DNA of 64,000 bases, from positions 28,954,001-29,018,000 of the forward strand of contig OZ024750.1 in NCBI GenBank assembly GCA_964016885.1, given 5' to 3'. This document shows positions 25,457-40,559 of the stretch, in pieces. The translations under genes and the position numbers were made by a program. Numbering within the stretch: position 1 is the stretch's first letter; every line of letters begins with the position of its first letter. Source of the DNA: Eledone cirrhosa (Eukaryota). The notes beneath the pieces were generated by a model. It ran no database searches and was not told the origin of the DNA. It saw nothing but the letters and a program-made list of their open reading frames with translations.

Positions 25457-28116
25457 GTAGGTTACTATTTTAGCTACTATTTGACATTTACAGCAGTAAA
25501 AAATTACTACTACTCCTTCAGTTATAACCCGTTTAGCTTGCCGCTTGACTTCTTTAGTCATAATTCTGGCTTGCTGCTTGGACATCTTAGTTTCATGTGA
25601 CCAGCTCAACCCTGTTTTACTTCCCCAATTTTGAAGATCCTTTACAATGTACAAATCATGTACATTTCACAGTTTTGCACTCGCATTAATCACTGTAAAC
25701 TCCACAATGTCGCTTTTTATCTAAGAATACTACTACAGCTTTGTTTAAACACCACCATGGACCTGTCCCTCTCTCTCTCTCTCTACCTGTCCGTTGAGAT
25801 AAATAGATATAGATAAATTGGTTCCGTCTATCGATATCTTCTTCGCATCGTTATAGTACAGTTGAAGTAAGATCAGACAGCAAGCCCGGTTTCAATTTCT
25901 TCCTGTATCCACTTTATTTATATTGGTCTTTTGGGAATATAGATGTATCTCCCTCCTCCACCGCCTATAGATCTGACGTTTTGAGGCCATATCCACAAAC
26001 CATTATATTTTGGGGTTTCTGGTTTTTAATCGATTAACATATTACGTAAGGCCAATTAACGTACAACAAATTAATCATCTTATTGATAATAAAGAAATAT
26101 ATCTTATTGATAACCTCTATATTGGAAAAAACAAGGAAAATAACCGCAATAGTAATGATTTCTAGTCTAGGCATAAGGCCTGTAACTTGTGAGGATTGAA
26201 AAGCCGGTTATATAGACCTGAGTATTTCACGGGAACTTTACTTTATCGACTTCAGAAGTAAAGTTAACTCGACGGGATTTGAACTCAGAATGTAAAAAGC
26301 TAAAACAAATGCCAAAAAGCACGTTACCCCAAACTCTAACGATTCTGACAACCCTCTGCCCTCACTAACCGCAATAATAATTTCCTCGATCTCAGTACTT
26401 GATTGGTACTTTATTTCATTGACCCTGAAAGATTGAAAAATATAGTCAACGATACCAGGATTTGAACTCGAGATTTAAAAGGCGCTAAAATTAAATACCG
26501 CAAGGCATAATGATAATAGTTTCTACTTTTGACACAAGGCCAGCAATTATCCCAGTGCATTACTGGTGCTTTATTTTATCGACCCCTTGAGGATGAAAGG
26601 CAAAATTAACCTCGGCTGGATTTGAACTCAGATCATAAAGGGCCATAACTCTATGCTACAAAGCATGGCGTCCGACCCTCTACCGATACTGCCAATTCAC
26701 CATTGTCTCTAATGGCCCTATCTACCGTGCTGTTCCACCATCAGGTCACTCTCTGTCTGGTTGAAGCTCTGCCCCAGCCACAAGTTTCTTCTGTACTCTG
26801 CAGTAGGAATCTTTGCATGGTCACTCAGCCTGCTAGAAATAACATTAAATCTACCGTAAAAAACTACATGCTGCCCACCCCTTCCCAAGGAAATATCAAA
26901 AGATACATAAATTAAAGTTTTGGTTCCACTCTGAGAAAAATTGGATTCGATGAAGAGATTCTTTAGATCCTAGTTTAGCTGAATAAAAGTTAACCTGGAA
27001 CTAACATTATATATGATATTGTCACCTTATGATTCTTATGGACGTTTGGTTGCTACGGTCTTTGAGCGGGGGACTGTAGCGTGAATGCGGAGATGGTGGT
27101 GGTGGTAGTGGTGGTGGGTCGCATAGGAAACACCGTGGCTGAGTATATCTATCACAGAAGACGAGGAAATGGATGGAATGTTGTGCGTTCTGCTTTTTAC
27201 AATTAATGTATCACGTGGTAGGTGAGTTCTTCCCCTTTATTCAAACCAAAGTTAAAACGTACCATTAATTCTTGAGTAAAGTCTTACGTTAATTCTTACG
27301 TCCAATGTCTTGAATGGTTAAAGAATGGTTTCTTAATAACGAAATTAACCACCATTTAAGTTTTACCAAGTAATCATATTTTTTTCGATTTTCTAGCATA
27401 GTGTGGTGGTGTGTACACCGCCGTACCACCTACTGAAAGGTAGCCATCGATATGAACCCAACAATTCATAGAACGTAGCTGCGTGAATGGTTGTTACTGT
27501 GTTGAGATCAATATTATTATTATTGCTCCCACTATCTTGGATCTCACTGCACACGTGTTATAACAATGACAGTTGCCTTCTACTGCAATCTAGTCCATTA
27601 GAACTGACAGTGTCCCTTGTCCAAAGTGTTCCTCTTGATCCACCTAGATATGTGTGTGAGGCCCTTCTCCTGTAGGTTTTATTTTGGTGAGAATTTGGGT
27701 TGATCTGAGTATTTAGTCTGAGGACGAAACTGCTCACAACAGGACTTTTCTTCTGGAGTGGGAGGATAGCAATTCAGAGAAAGACTTTGGTTAGTAATTT
27801 ATAGAAAACTGATTGCTTAATAAGACGCTTCTAAGATGAATGAGATTGGCAAATATTGAATTTCTTTACAAAAATTTGTTTTTATGGTGAAATCAACTCC
27901 ATATATATGTAGTGCACCAGTTGGTCTTCTTTTCCAAAATCTATAACCTCTGCCATTCTCAATTTCATTTAGTTATGCAATGTCTACTTCACTGAAATTT
28001 CAAAGTTCTCCTGCTACAAGATATGATCATCATTTTGGTCTCAGAAGTTTTAAAGTTCAATAAAGGCTTCACATTCTAAGATCCAATAGTTAACGATATT
28101 CTTGTTTTTGTTAAGT

Positions 28117-28510
28117 GCCCAGTCCACCCTGTAAAGTACTGGTGCCATGACAAAAGCACCCGGTCCACGCTGTAAGGTGGTAATGCTAATGCCATGACAA
28201 AAGCACCCAGTCCACACTGTAAGGTGGCAGTGCTAGGGCCATGACAAAAGCACCCAGTCCACACTGTAAGGTGGTAGTGCTAGGGCCATGACAAAAGCAC
28301 CCAGTCCACACTGTAGAGTGGTAGTTCTAGGGCCATGACAAAAGCACCCAGTCCACACTGTAAGGTGGTAGTGCTAGGGCCATGACAAAAGCACCTAGTC
28401 CACACTGTAGGGTGGTAGTGCTAGTGCCATGACAAAAGCACCCAGTCCACACTGTAAGGTGGTAGTGCTGGTGCCATGACAAAAGCACCCAGTCCACACT
28501 GTAGGTTGGT
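28117..28510. repeat. 47-bp minisatellite (retroposon-module derived)
   Basis: gccatgacaaaagcacccagtccacactgtaaggtggtagtgctagg, about 8 copies. Confidence 0.92.
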
Positions 28511-28889
28511 AGCCGGAGTCACACTAAACTGTTCTCAATGCTGGTGTACCTATTGTAAACTGGATACAAACAAGCAACAATGTTGATTTAAGAATACTGA
28601 GTAGATATTTGAAATTCTAACAATTGGGGATTATCTGCTGATTGGTTTAATTTCTTGCTGGTTCCAAGAGAAGTTAGATTCTTTTCCAATCAAATAACTC
28701 CTTCTGTAATTCAATATTTTTACATTGAAATCCTGAAACACAAACAAATTGATCATTCTGTTCAGTGATTACTTTCTAAAATACATTTGTGTATGTGAAA
28801 CCCTTCATTAGTATCACAAGTAAACAGCTCAGCAAACTACTAAGAGGTGATCACCATTTTAGTGTTAGAAGGCTTGACAGCTTATTTGA

Positions 28890-29150
28890 ACGAAACTTTT
28901 AGTTGTAAAGAATTACATACTTAGTGTGATTGTTTAGTTATTAACTTCTGGTTGTAAAGAGTTACATACTTAGAGAGCTTGATTGTTTAGTTAATAATAA
29001 CTTCTGGTTGTAAAGAATTACATACTTAGTTAGAGTGCGTGATTGTTGAGTTAATAATAACTTCTGGTTGTAAAGAGTTACATGTGATTTACTTGGTCAG
29101 AGAGCTTGGCTGTTTAGTTAATAATAACTTCTGGTTGTAAAGAATTCGAT
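28890..29150. repeat. Degenerate ~55-70 bp tandem repeat
   Basis: gttaataataacttctggttgtaaaga recurring about 5 times. Confidence 0.75.
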
Positions 29151-29390
29151 GTGATTTCAACTTTATTTGGTTAAACTCAGTAGGATATGATATGTCATTA
29201 TTTAACTTTTGGCAGTATTGGTAGAGGGTCGGACATGCTTTCTAGCATAGTTATGTCCCTTTATGATCTGATTTCAAATCCCGCCGAGGTTAACTTTGCC
29301 TTTCATCCATACGGGGTCGATAAAATAAAGTACGAGTAATGTACTGGGTAATTGCTGGCCTTGTGCCAAAAGTAGAAACAGTTATTTAAC

Positions 29391-29981
29391 TTAACCCTTT
29401 AATGTTCAAACCGGCCAAAACCGGCCAGAATTCTCTACCTCTTTCTGTTGAAACTGGCTGTAACTTGTCACTCAAACTGATGTTAAGGTATTGTTCTCAA
29501 AATAAATACTTTCAAAATCTCATAGATTCGATATTATGTGAGATAATTATGCGAAATAAATCCTTTACCATGAAAATATAATAGTATATATAGAATAATG
29601 TGAATGTTATGTGAGATAATTATGCGAAGTAAAGCCTTTACCATGAAAATATAATAGTATATATAGAATAATGTGAATGTTATGAGATAATTATGCGAAG
29701 TAAAGCCTTTACCATGAAAATATAATAGTATATATAGAATAATGTGATTGTTATGTGAGATAATTATGCGAAGTAAAGCCTTTACCATGAAAATATAATA
29801 GTATATATAGAATAATGTGAATGTTATGTGAGATAATTATGCGAAGTAAAGCCTTTACCATGAAAATATAATAGTATATATAGAATAATGTGAATGTTAT
29901 GTGAGATAATTATGCGAAGTAAAGCCTTTACCATGAAAATATAATAGTATATATAGAATAATGTGAATGCTAAAGGGTTAA
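29391..29981. mobile_element. piggyBac-like MITE with an internal 73-bp tandem expansion
   Basis: TTAA-CCCTTT...AAAGGG-TTAA; relatives at about 3446-3579, 52980-53174, 57147-57330, 57850-58220 and 61257-61461. Confidence 0.8.
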
Positions 29982-30169
29982 GTCATATTTTCCTAAAATA
30001 TAACATTTCTAAGAAGGCAATATTACTACTGAGTATACAGGATAAAAATACATTACTAGGATAATTATCTTCTTTTGTTTCCCCTCATTCCAGTCATCCA
30101 AGTTATATATAATCTTTTGTTTCATTAGATTTGTTGGTATTTTACACGTTATTTCAATACAGCCTACAA

Positions 30170-33100
30170 CATTCTCTCCTAAATATACCACCCATTACAA
30201 TACAACCCACAACATTGTCCTAAATATACCACCTATTACAATACAACCCACAACATTGTCCTAAATATACCACCTATTACAATACAACCCACAACATTGT
30301 CCTAAATATACCACCTATTACAATACAACCCACAACATTGTCCTAAATATACCACCTATTACAATACAACCCACAACATTGTCCTAAATATACCACCTAT
30401 TACAATACAACCCACAACATTGTCCTAAATATACCACCTATTACAATACAACCCACAACATTGTCCTAAATATACCACCCATTACAATACCACCCACAAC
30501 ATTGTCCTAAATATACCACCCATTACAATACCACCCACAACATTGTCCTAAATATACCACCCATTACAATACAACCCACAACATTGTCCTAAATATACCA
30601 CCTATTACAATACAACCCACAACATTGTCCTAAATATACCACCTATTACAATACAACCCACAACATTGTCCTAAATATACCACCTATTACAATACAACCC
30701 ACAACATTGTCCTAAATATACCACCTATTACAATACAACCCACAACATTGTCCTAAATATACCACCTATTACAATACAACCCACAACATTGTCCTAAATA
30801 TACCACCTATTACAATACAACCCACAACATTGTCCTAAATATACCACCTATTACAATACAACCCACAACATTGTCCTAAATATACCACCTATTACAATAC
30901 AACCCACAACATTGTCCTAAATATACCACCTATTACAATACAACCCACAACATTGTCCTAAATATACCACCTATTACAATACAACCCACAACATTGTCCT
31001 AAATATACCACCTATTACAATACAACCCACAACATTGTCCTAAATATACCACCCATTACAATACCACCCACAACATTGTCCTAAATATACCACCCATTAC
31101 AATACAACCCACAACATTGTCCTAAATATACCACCTATTACAATACAACCCGCAACATTGTCCTAAATATACCACCTATTACAATACAACCCACAACATT
31201 GTCCTAAATATACCACCTATTACAATACAACCCACAACATTGTCCTAAATATACCACCTATTACAATACAACCCACAACATTGTCCTAAATATACCACCT
31301 ATTACAATACAACCCACAACATTGTCCTAAATATACCACCTATTACAATACAACCCACAACATTGTCCTAAATATACCACCTATTACAATACAACCCACA
31401 ACATTGTCCTAAATATACCACCCATTACAATACCACCCACAACATTGTCCTAAATATACCACCCATTACAATACAACCCACAACATTGTCCTAAATATAC
31501 CACCTATTACAATACAACCCGCAACATTGTCCTAAATATACCACCTATTACAATACAACCCACAACATTGTCCTAAATATACCACCTATTACAATACAAC
31601 CCACAACATTGTCCTAAATATACCACCTATTACATTACAACCCACAACATTGTCCTAAATATACCACCCATTACATTACAACCCACAACATTGTCCTAAA
31701 TATACCACCCATTACAATACAACCCACAACATTGTCCTAAATATACCACCCATTACATTACAACCCACAACATTGTCCTAAATATACCACCCATTACAAT
31801 ACCACCCACAACATTGTCCTAAATATACCACCTATTACAATACAACCCACAACATTGTCCTAAATATACCACCTATTACATTACAACCCACAACATTGTC
31901 CTAAATATACCACCCATTACATTACAACCCACAACATTGTCCTAAATATACCACCCATTACAATACAACCCACAACATTGTCCTAAATATACCACCCATT
32001 ACATTACAACCCACAACATTGTCCTAAATATACCACCCATTACAATACCACCCACAACATTGTCCTAAATATACCACCTATTACAATACAACCTACAACA
32101 TTGTCCTAAATATACCACCTATTACAATACCACCCACAACATTGTCCTAAATATACCACCTATTACAATACAACCCACAACATTGTCCTAAATATACCAC
32201 CCATTACAATACCACCCACAACATTGTCCTAAATATACCACCCATTACAATACAACCCACAACATTGTCCTAAATATACCACCCATTACAATACAACCCA
32301 CAACATTGTCCTAAATATACCACCTATTACATTACAACCCACAACATTGTCCTAAATATACCACCTATTACAATACAACCTACAACATTGTCCTAAATAT
32401 ACCACCTATTACAATACAACCCACAACATTGTCCTAAATATACCACCTATTACAATACAACCCACAACATTGTCCTAAATATACCACCTATTACAATACA
32501 ACCCACAACATTGTCCTAAATATACCACCTATTACAATACAACCCACAACATTGTCCTAAATATACCACCTATTACAATACAACCCACAACATTGTCCTA
32601 AATATATTCCTATTACAATACAACCCACAACATTGTCCTAAATATACCACCTATTACAATACAACCCACAACATTGTCCTAAATATACCACCTATTACAA
32701 TACAACCCACAACATTGTCCTAAATATACCACCTATTACAATACAACCCACAACATTGTCCTAAATATACCACCTATTACAATACAACCCACAACATTGT
32801 CCTAAATATACCACCCATTACATTACAACCCACAACATTGTCCTAAATATACCACCTATTACAATACAACCCACAACATTGTCCTAAATATACCACCTAT
32901 TACAATACAACCCATAACATTGTCCTAAATATACCACCCATTACATTACCACCCACAACATTGTCCTAAATATACCACCTATTACAATACAACCCACAAC
33001 ATTGTCCTAAATATACCACCTATTACAATACAACCCATAACATTGTCCTAAATATACCACCTATTACAATACAACCCACAACATTGTCCTAAATATACCA

Positions 33101-35030
33101 CCTATTACAATACAACCCACAACATTGTCCTAAATATACCACCTATTACAATACAACCCACAACATTGTCCTAAATATACCACCTATTACAATACAACCC
33201 ACAACATTGTCCTAAATATACCACCTATTACAATACAACCCACAACATTGTCCTAAATATACCACCTATTACAATACAACCCACAACATTGTCCTAAATA
33301 TACCACCTATTACAATACAACCCACAACATTGTCCTAAATATACCACCTATTACAATACAACCCACAACATTGTCCTAAATATACCACCTATTACAATAC
33401 AACCCACAACATTGTCCTAAATATACCACCTATTACAATACAACCCACAACATTGTCCTAAATATACCACCTATTACAATACAACCCACAACATTGTCCT
33501 AAATATACCACCTATTACAATACAACCCACAACATTGTCCTAAATATACCACCTATTACAATACAACCCACAACATTGTCCTAAATATACCACCTATTAC
33601 ATTACAACCCACAACATTGTCCTAAATATACCACCTATTACAATACAACCCACAACATTGTCCTAAATATACCACCTATTACATTACAACCCACAACATT
33701 GTCCTAAATATACCACCTATTACAATACAACCCACAACATTGTCCTAAATATACCACCTATTACAATACAACCCACAACATTGTCCTAAATATACCACCT
33801 ATTACATTACAACCCACAACATTGTCCTAAATATACCACCTATTACAATACAACCCACAACATTGTCCTAAATATACCACCTATTACAATACAACCCACA
33901 ACATTGTCCTAAATATACCACCTATTACATTACAACCCACAACATTGTCCTAAATATACCACCTATTACAATACAACCCACAACATTGTCCTAAATATAC
34001 CACCTATTACATTACAACCCACAACATTGTCCTAAATATACCACCTATTACAATACAACCCACAACATTGTCCTAAATATACCACCCATTACATTACAAC
34101 CCATAACATTGTCCTAAATATACCACCTATTACAATACAACCCACAACATTGTCCTAAATATACCACCTATTACATTACAACCCACAACATTGTCCTAAA
34201 TATACCACCCATTACAATACAACCTACAACATTGTCCTAAATATACCACCTATTACAATACAACCCATAACATTGTCCTAAATATACCACCTATTACAAT
34301 ACAACCCATAACATTGTCCTAAATATACCACCTATTACAATACAACCCACAACATTGTCCTAAATATACCACCCATTACATTACAACCCACAACATTGTC
34401 CTAAATATACCACCTATTACAATACAACCCACAACATTGTCCTAAATATACCACCTATTACAATACAACCCACAACATTGTCCTAAATATACCACCCATT
34501 ACATTACAACCCACAACATTGTCCTAAATATACCACCCATTACATTACAACCCACAACATTGTCCTAAATATACCACGTATTACAATACAACCCATAACA
34601 TTGTCCTAAATATACCACCTATTACAATACAACCCACAACATTGTCCTAAATATACCACCCATTACATTACAACCCACAGCATTGTCCTAAATATACCAC
34701 CTATTACATTACAACCCACAACATTGACCTAAATATATTCCTATTACAATAGAACCCACAACATTGTCCTAAATATATTCCTATTACAATACAACCCACA
34801 ACATTGTCCTAAATATACCACCTATTACAATACAACCCACAACATTGTCCTAAATATACCACCTATTACATTACAACCCACAACATTGTCCTAAATATAC
34901 CACCTATTACAATACAACCCACAACATTGTCCTAAATATACCACCCATTACAATACAACCCACAACATTGTCCTAAATATACCACCTATTACAATACAAC
35001 CCACAACATTGTCCTAAATATATTCCTATT
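30170..35030. repeat. 41-bp minisatellite, about 118 copies, TOP3B intron 1
   Basis: cacaacattgtcctaaatataccacctattacaatacaacc. Confidence 0.97.
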
Positions 35031-35187
35031 AGAGTGTTCTGATTTCAAATCCTGCCACCAGAAATTTGTTGACATGATAAGTCTAGGGTTTCTATCAATA
35101 AAATTCCAAAGAACCCTCCTATAAGATGCAATGTATTTGCTATTCTGTTGTTTATTTATTAAAGCTAAACTTCTCTCTTAATTTCAG

Positions 35188-35265
35188 GTGGAATTATTTA
35201 TTGCTCCTACTGTAAAAAAAGAAGCTTCACCGAATCTTCATATGCCTGATTTTCTAAAGAAAGAG
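35188..35265 (+). CDS. TOP3B: TOP3B exon 2
   Basis: ttcag|VELFIAPTVKKEASPNLHMPDFLKKE|gtaaat. Confidence 0.93.
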
Positions 35266-36199
35266 GTAAATTATATATCATCATCATCATCATCAACATT
35301 TAACATCCATCTTCCCTGTTAGCAAGAGTTGGATGGCTCTTTACAGACATAGTTAGTACTCAAGTGAAGCTACTAACCTCTTGGAAGTGCCAGGGGTCTG
35401 CATCTTGTTTACATATGCCTTTTTTTTAGCATGTTCTCTATGGCTGGATGCCCTTCCTATCACCAACTATTTTACAGAGTGTACTGGATGCATTTATTGT
35501 GTAGATCACTGGCACAAATGAAGAGTCATCCTGACCCCCCTTGTTTGTTAATTTATATATATACTAGAATTTTTTTAAACATGCTGACGCATATGTGTAT
35601 GTGCATATGCATACATTTATATGTATGAGTATATAAATATAACCGCACAAACACAGACACATTTACAAAAATACACAGACATACATTCACACAAACACGT
35701 ACATACATTCACACAAACACATACACTCATACACACATACACAGCGTAGCAAATGGAACATCAGGTGCTGTTTGCTATAGTTTTTTCACCATACCCTTTC
35801 TTCCTTTTACGCACACATACATTCACACAAACAGACACACATTGTGTGACGGACGGATGGAAGTCACTCAAATTTATATATATATATCTTTATATATACT
35901 GTGACTATACTGACAGTTTAGTTCATCAATTCTGGTGCCTATTCCTGTCTGATACTGATTGATTTTATTTATCTCTATTTGGGACATAAAGGCATACATG
36001 GTATAAAGATTAAATACAGGCACAGATATGTATATACATATATGCGACACAGATATACATATATGCAAAGGTGTATATATGTGTGTGTATGTGTATTCAT
36101 CTCCATATATATCTTTCCCCATTACACTCTAAAATTTTAATAGTGGTGCCAAAATATAATACACCCAGTACAATCTGTAAAAGTGGTAGTAATAGGACC

Positions 36200-38480
36200 A
36201 TAGTAAAATGCAACTAATAAACTTTTTAAAGTGGTAATGCTGGTGCCATGATAAAATGTACTCAATACATTCTATAAAGTGGTAATGCTGGTGCCATGAT
36301 AAAATACACTCAGTACACTCTATAAAGCGGAAATGCTGGTGCCATGATAAAATGTACTCAATACATTCTGTAAAGTGGTAATGCTGGTGCCATGATAAAA
36401 TGTGCCTAGTACATTCTATAAAGTGATAATGCTGGTGCCATGATAAAATGTACTCAATACATTCTGTAAAGTGGTAATGCTGGTGCCATGATAAAATGTG
36501 CCTAGTACATTCTATAAAGTGGTAATGCTGGTGCCATGATAAAATGTGCCTAGTACATTCTGTAAAGTGGTAATGCTGGTGCCATGATAAAATGTGCCTA
36601 GTACATTCTATAAAGCGGAAATGCTGGTGCCATGATAAAATGTACTCAATACATTCTGTAAAGTGGTAATGCTGGTGCCATGATAAAATGTGCCTAGTAC
36701 ACTCTATAAAGCGGAAATGCTGGTGCCATGATAAATGTACTCAATACATTCTGTAAAGTGGTAATGCTGGTGCCATGATAAAATGTGCCTAGTACACTCT
36801 ATAAAGCGGAAATGCTGGTGCCATGATAAAATGTACTCAATACATTCTGTAAAGTGGTAATGCTGGTGCCATGATAAAATGTGCCTAGTACACTCTATAA
36901 AGCGGAAATGCTGGTGCCATGATAAAATGTACTCAATACATTCTGTAAAGTGGTAATGCTGGTGCCATGATAAAATGTGCCTAGTACACTCTATAAAGCG
37001 GAAATGCTGGTGCCATGATAAAATGTACTCAATACATTCTGTAAAGTGGTAATGCTGGTGCCATGATAAAATGTGCCTAGTACACTCTATAAAGCGGAAA
37101 TGCTGGTGCCATGATAAAATGTACTCAATACATTCTATAAAGTGGTAATGCTGCTGCCATGATAAAATGTGCCTAGTACACTCTATAAAGCGGAAATGCT
37201 GGTGCCATGATAAAATGTACTCAATACATTCTGTAAAGTGGTAATGCTGGTGCCATGATAAAATGTGCCTAGTACACTCTATAAAGCGGAAATGCTGGTG
37301 CCATGATAAAATGTACTCAATACATTCTGTAAAGTGGTAATGCTGGTGCCATGATAAAATGTGCCTAGTACACTCTATAAAGCGGAAATGCTGGTGCCAT
37401 GATAAATGTACTCAATACATTCTGTAAAGTGGTAATGCTGGTGCCATGATAAAATGTGCCTAGTACACTCTATAAAGCGGAAATGCTGGTGCCATGATAA
37501 AATGTACTCAATACATTCTGTAAAGTGGTAATGCTGGTGCCATGATAAAATGTGCCTAGTACACTCTATAAAGCGGAAATGCTGGTGCCATGATAAAATG
37601 TACTCAATACATTCTGTAAAGTGGTAATGCTGGTGCCATGATAAAATGTGCCTAGTACACTCTATAAAGCGGAAATGCTGGTGCCATGATAAAATGTACT
37701 CAATACATTCTGTAAAGTGGTAATGCTGGTGCCATGATAAAATGTGCCTAGTACACTCTATAAAGCGGAAATGCTGGTGCCATGATAAAATGTACTCAAT
37801 ACATTCTATAAAGTGGTAATGCTGCTGCCATGATAAAATGTGCCTAGTACACTCTATAAAGCGGAAATGCTGGTGCCATGATAAAATGTACTCAATACAT
37901 TCTGTAAAGTGGTAATGCTGGTGCCATGATAAAATGTGCCTAGTACATTCTATAAAGTGATAATGCTGGTGCCATGATAAAATGTGCCTAGTACACTCTA
38001 TAAAGCGGAAATGCTGGTGCCATGATAAATGTACTCAATACATTCTGTAAAGTGGTAATGCTGGTGCCATGATAAAATGTGCCTAGTACATTCTATAAAG
38101 TGGTAATGCTGGTGCCATGATAAAATGTACTCAATACATTCTATAAAGTGGTAATGCTGGTGCCATGATAAAATACACTCAGTACACTCTATAAAGTGGT
38201 AATGCTGGTGCCATGATAAAATACACTCAGTACACTCTATAAAGTGGTAATGTGGATGCCATGATAAAATACACTCAGTACATTCTGTAAAGTGGTAAGG
38301 CTGGTGCCATGATAAAATACACTCAGTACACTCTATAAAGTGGTAATGCTGGTGCCATGATAAAATACACTCAGTACACTCTATAAAGTAGTAATGCTGG
38401 TGCCATGATAAAATGTACCTAGTACACTCTATAAAGTGGTAATGATAGTATCAAAATGCAACAAATAAACTCTGTAAAGT
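36200..38480. repeat. 48-bp minisatellite with a 96-bp higher-order dimer, TOP3B intron 2
   Basis: gctggtgccatgataaaatgtactcaatacattctgtaaagtggtaat alternating with the ...gtgcctagtacactctataaagcggaaat variant. Confidence 0.96.
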
Positions 38481-38771
38481 GGTTAACATTAAGAAAAGCA
38501 TCCAGTTATAGAAACCATGTCCAAAATGAAATGTTAGAAAGATATGGTTCCCTGACCCATGTAATCGTGGACTGTGTCAACCTAGTCTAGCATGGAAAAC
38601 AGATGTAAAATGATGATCAACACAAAGCATTAAGATTCAATTTTTAAATCATTTTCCAAATCTATTTACAAACTAAATATTTCTTTACAGCAAGTCTTTT
38701 TTTTTTTTTTTTATTAAAGATTCTTAGCACTTTTTCCATTACATATGACTGGTATTATTTTCTTGTTTTAG

Positions 38772-38885
38772 GGTAAAGGTTCTGATTACTTGGTGTTATG
38801 GTTGGATTGTGATAAAGAAGGGGAGAATATCTGTTTTGAAGTTATTGATGCTGTTCTTCCAGTTATGAAGAGAAATTCTGACAAG
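38772..38885 (+). CDS. TOP3B: TOP3B exon 3
   Basis: [38 protein letters not shown] (DxDxEGE motif). Confidence 0.96.
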
Positions 38886-39891
38886 GTAACACACAAAAAT
38901 CTGTTTTCCTATTTGTACTTGAGTAATTAACTCTAGGGAGAGGGAATATGCATACTTGTTTGGTCCTGTAACTCTTGAGGGAGTCATAGGAGTGCCGTAT
39001 TGACATATGTCATTTCTAGGGCATTTTAAAACTTGGCAAAGCCCAATCCTCTCCAGAGAGAAAATATCCATGTGTACAGACAATCACTTTATCCATTTAG
39101 AGATGTTGAAATTTACCAAAGCTGTCCCTACCACCCATTCTAGCTGCTAGTATTGAAAAATGGCTATGGCACCAATAAGAATACAATGTTAGTTATATTT
39201 AATGTAAGAATGTAATTGAAACACAGATATGGCCAAGTGGTTAAGAAGTTTGCTTCACAATTATAAGGACCAGATCCAGGTTCAATCCCTCTGTAAGGCA
39301 TCTTCAGCATGTGTGTTTTACATTAGCTTCAGGCCAGTTGAAGTCTTGAGAATGAAATTGGGTTGATGAAAGCTGTTTAGAACCCTGTTAAATGAACTGT
39401 AACAATAATTCAATGGGACAACCTTGTCACACTGAATCTCCCTGAGAATTGTGTTAAGAGTACACATATATCTGTGAAATACTCAGATATTTCCATGTTA
39501 ATTTAACAAGTAGGCTGTTCTGTTGATCTAACAATTTGAACACTCATCAAATCTAACGGGGTTCTGGGTTTTTTTTAAAGAATAAAAATGGATTTTCTGT
39601 AAAAGATTTTGAGGCTGGTTTTATATCCTATTTCTGTTGAAACACGCTGCCTATGATTTAGATTTAATTGTGAAAATAATCAAGAATTTGGATTGACTTG
39701 TTAATATAACGAACTTTCACATTATCAAAACTTCTTTCTTAAATTTATGATGGAAATTTTTTATGTAAATATAATCACTTTAAAGCAAGCAATTGTGTAT
39801 CATAGAATCAAGGGTGGTTTGGTATCAAAAGAGTTAAGATATTCGGTGCTAAATTAAGAATAATTATTTTGTTGATGTTTTTTTTTTCCAG

Positions 39892-40059
39892 AACATATTC
39901 CGTGCTCACTTCAGCGCCATCACAGAGTCAGATGTGAAGCGAGCCATGAATAACTTGGGTACACCTAATGAGAATGAAGCAATGTCAGTTGATGCCAGGC
40001 AAGAGTTAGATCTGAGAGTTGGTTGTGCCTTTACTCGATACCAAACCAAATTCTTTCAG
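39892..40059 (+). CDS. TOP3B: TOP3B exon 4
   Basis: [11 protein letters not shown]...[24 protein letters not shown]. Confidence 0.96.
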
Positions 40060-40381
40060 GTATGTTAAACCATTACAATCAAATGAACAAAATCTTAGTT
40101 TTATCAAAGAGTTCCATTTCTGTATGACATCATTGATAGACATGATTACGAATCAGTTAAGATAGCCGCACACAAAAGAATATTTAAATGATATAAATAA
40201 GGAATTGTGTTGAAACAATTGAAAATTGCTAACCAATTTATCAGATTGCAATAGTGTTTTATATTTTTTACTTAACAGCTAAGTTTCATCTACAGAATTA
40301 CATAATTCCTCTGTAAACTTCTTGTATTAGATTTGATTAGTTTAAGCAGAACTTCTCTCATGGAGGTTGTATGTTTTACAG

Positions 40382-40516
40382 GGCAAGTACGGCAACTTAG
40401 ACAGTACTCTAGTGTCTTACGGTCCTTGTCAATCTCCCACATTGGGCTTCTGTGTAGAACGACATGATAAAATCCAGTCATTTAAACCTGAAACCTATTG
40501 GATCATCAATGCACAG
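40382..40516 (+). CDS. TOP3B: TOP3B exon 5
   Basis: [45 protein letters not shown]. Confidence 0.96.
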
Positions 40517-40559
40517 GTAAATCCTTTGTTTTTATTGTATTAAAAAAAGCATGACATGA

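Noticed and set aside
27706-27740. CTGAGGA-C-GAAAC hammerhead-like core
   Set aside because: No room for stem II and no stem I
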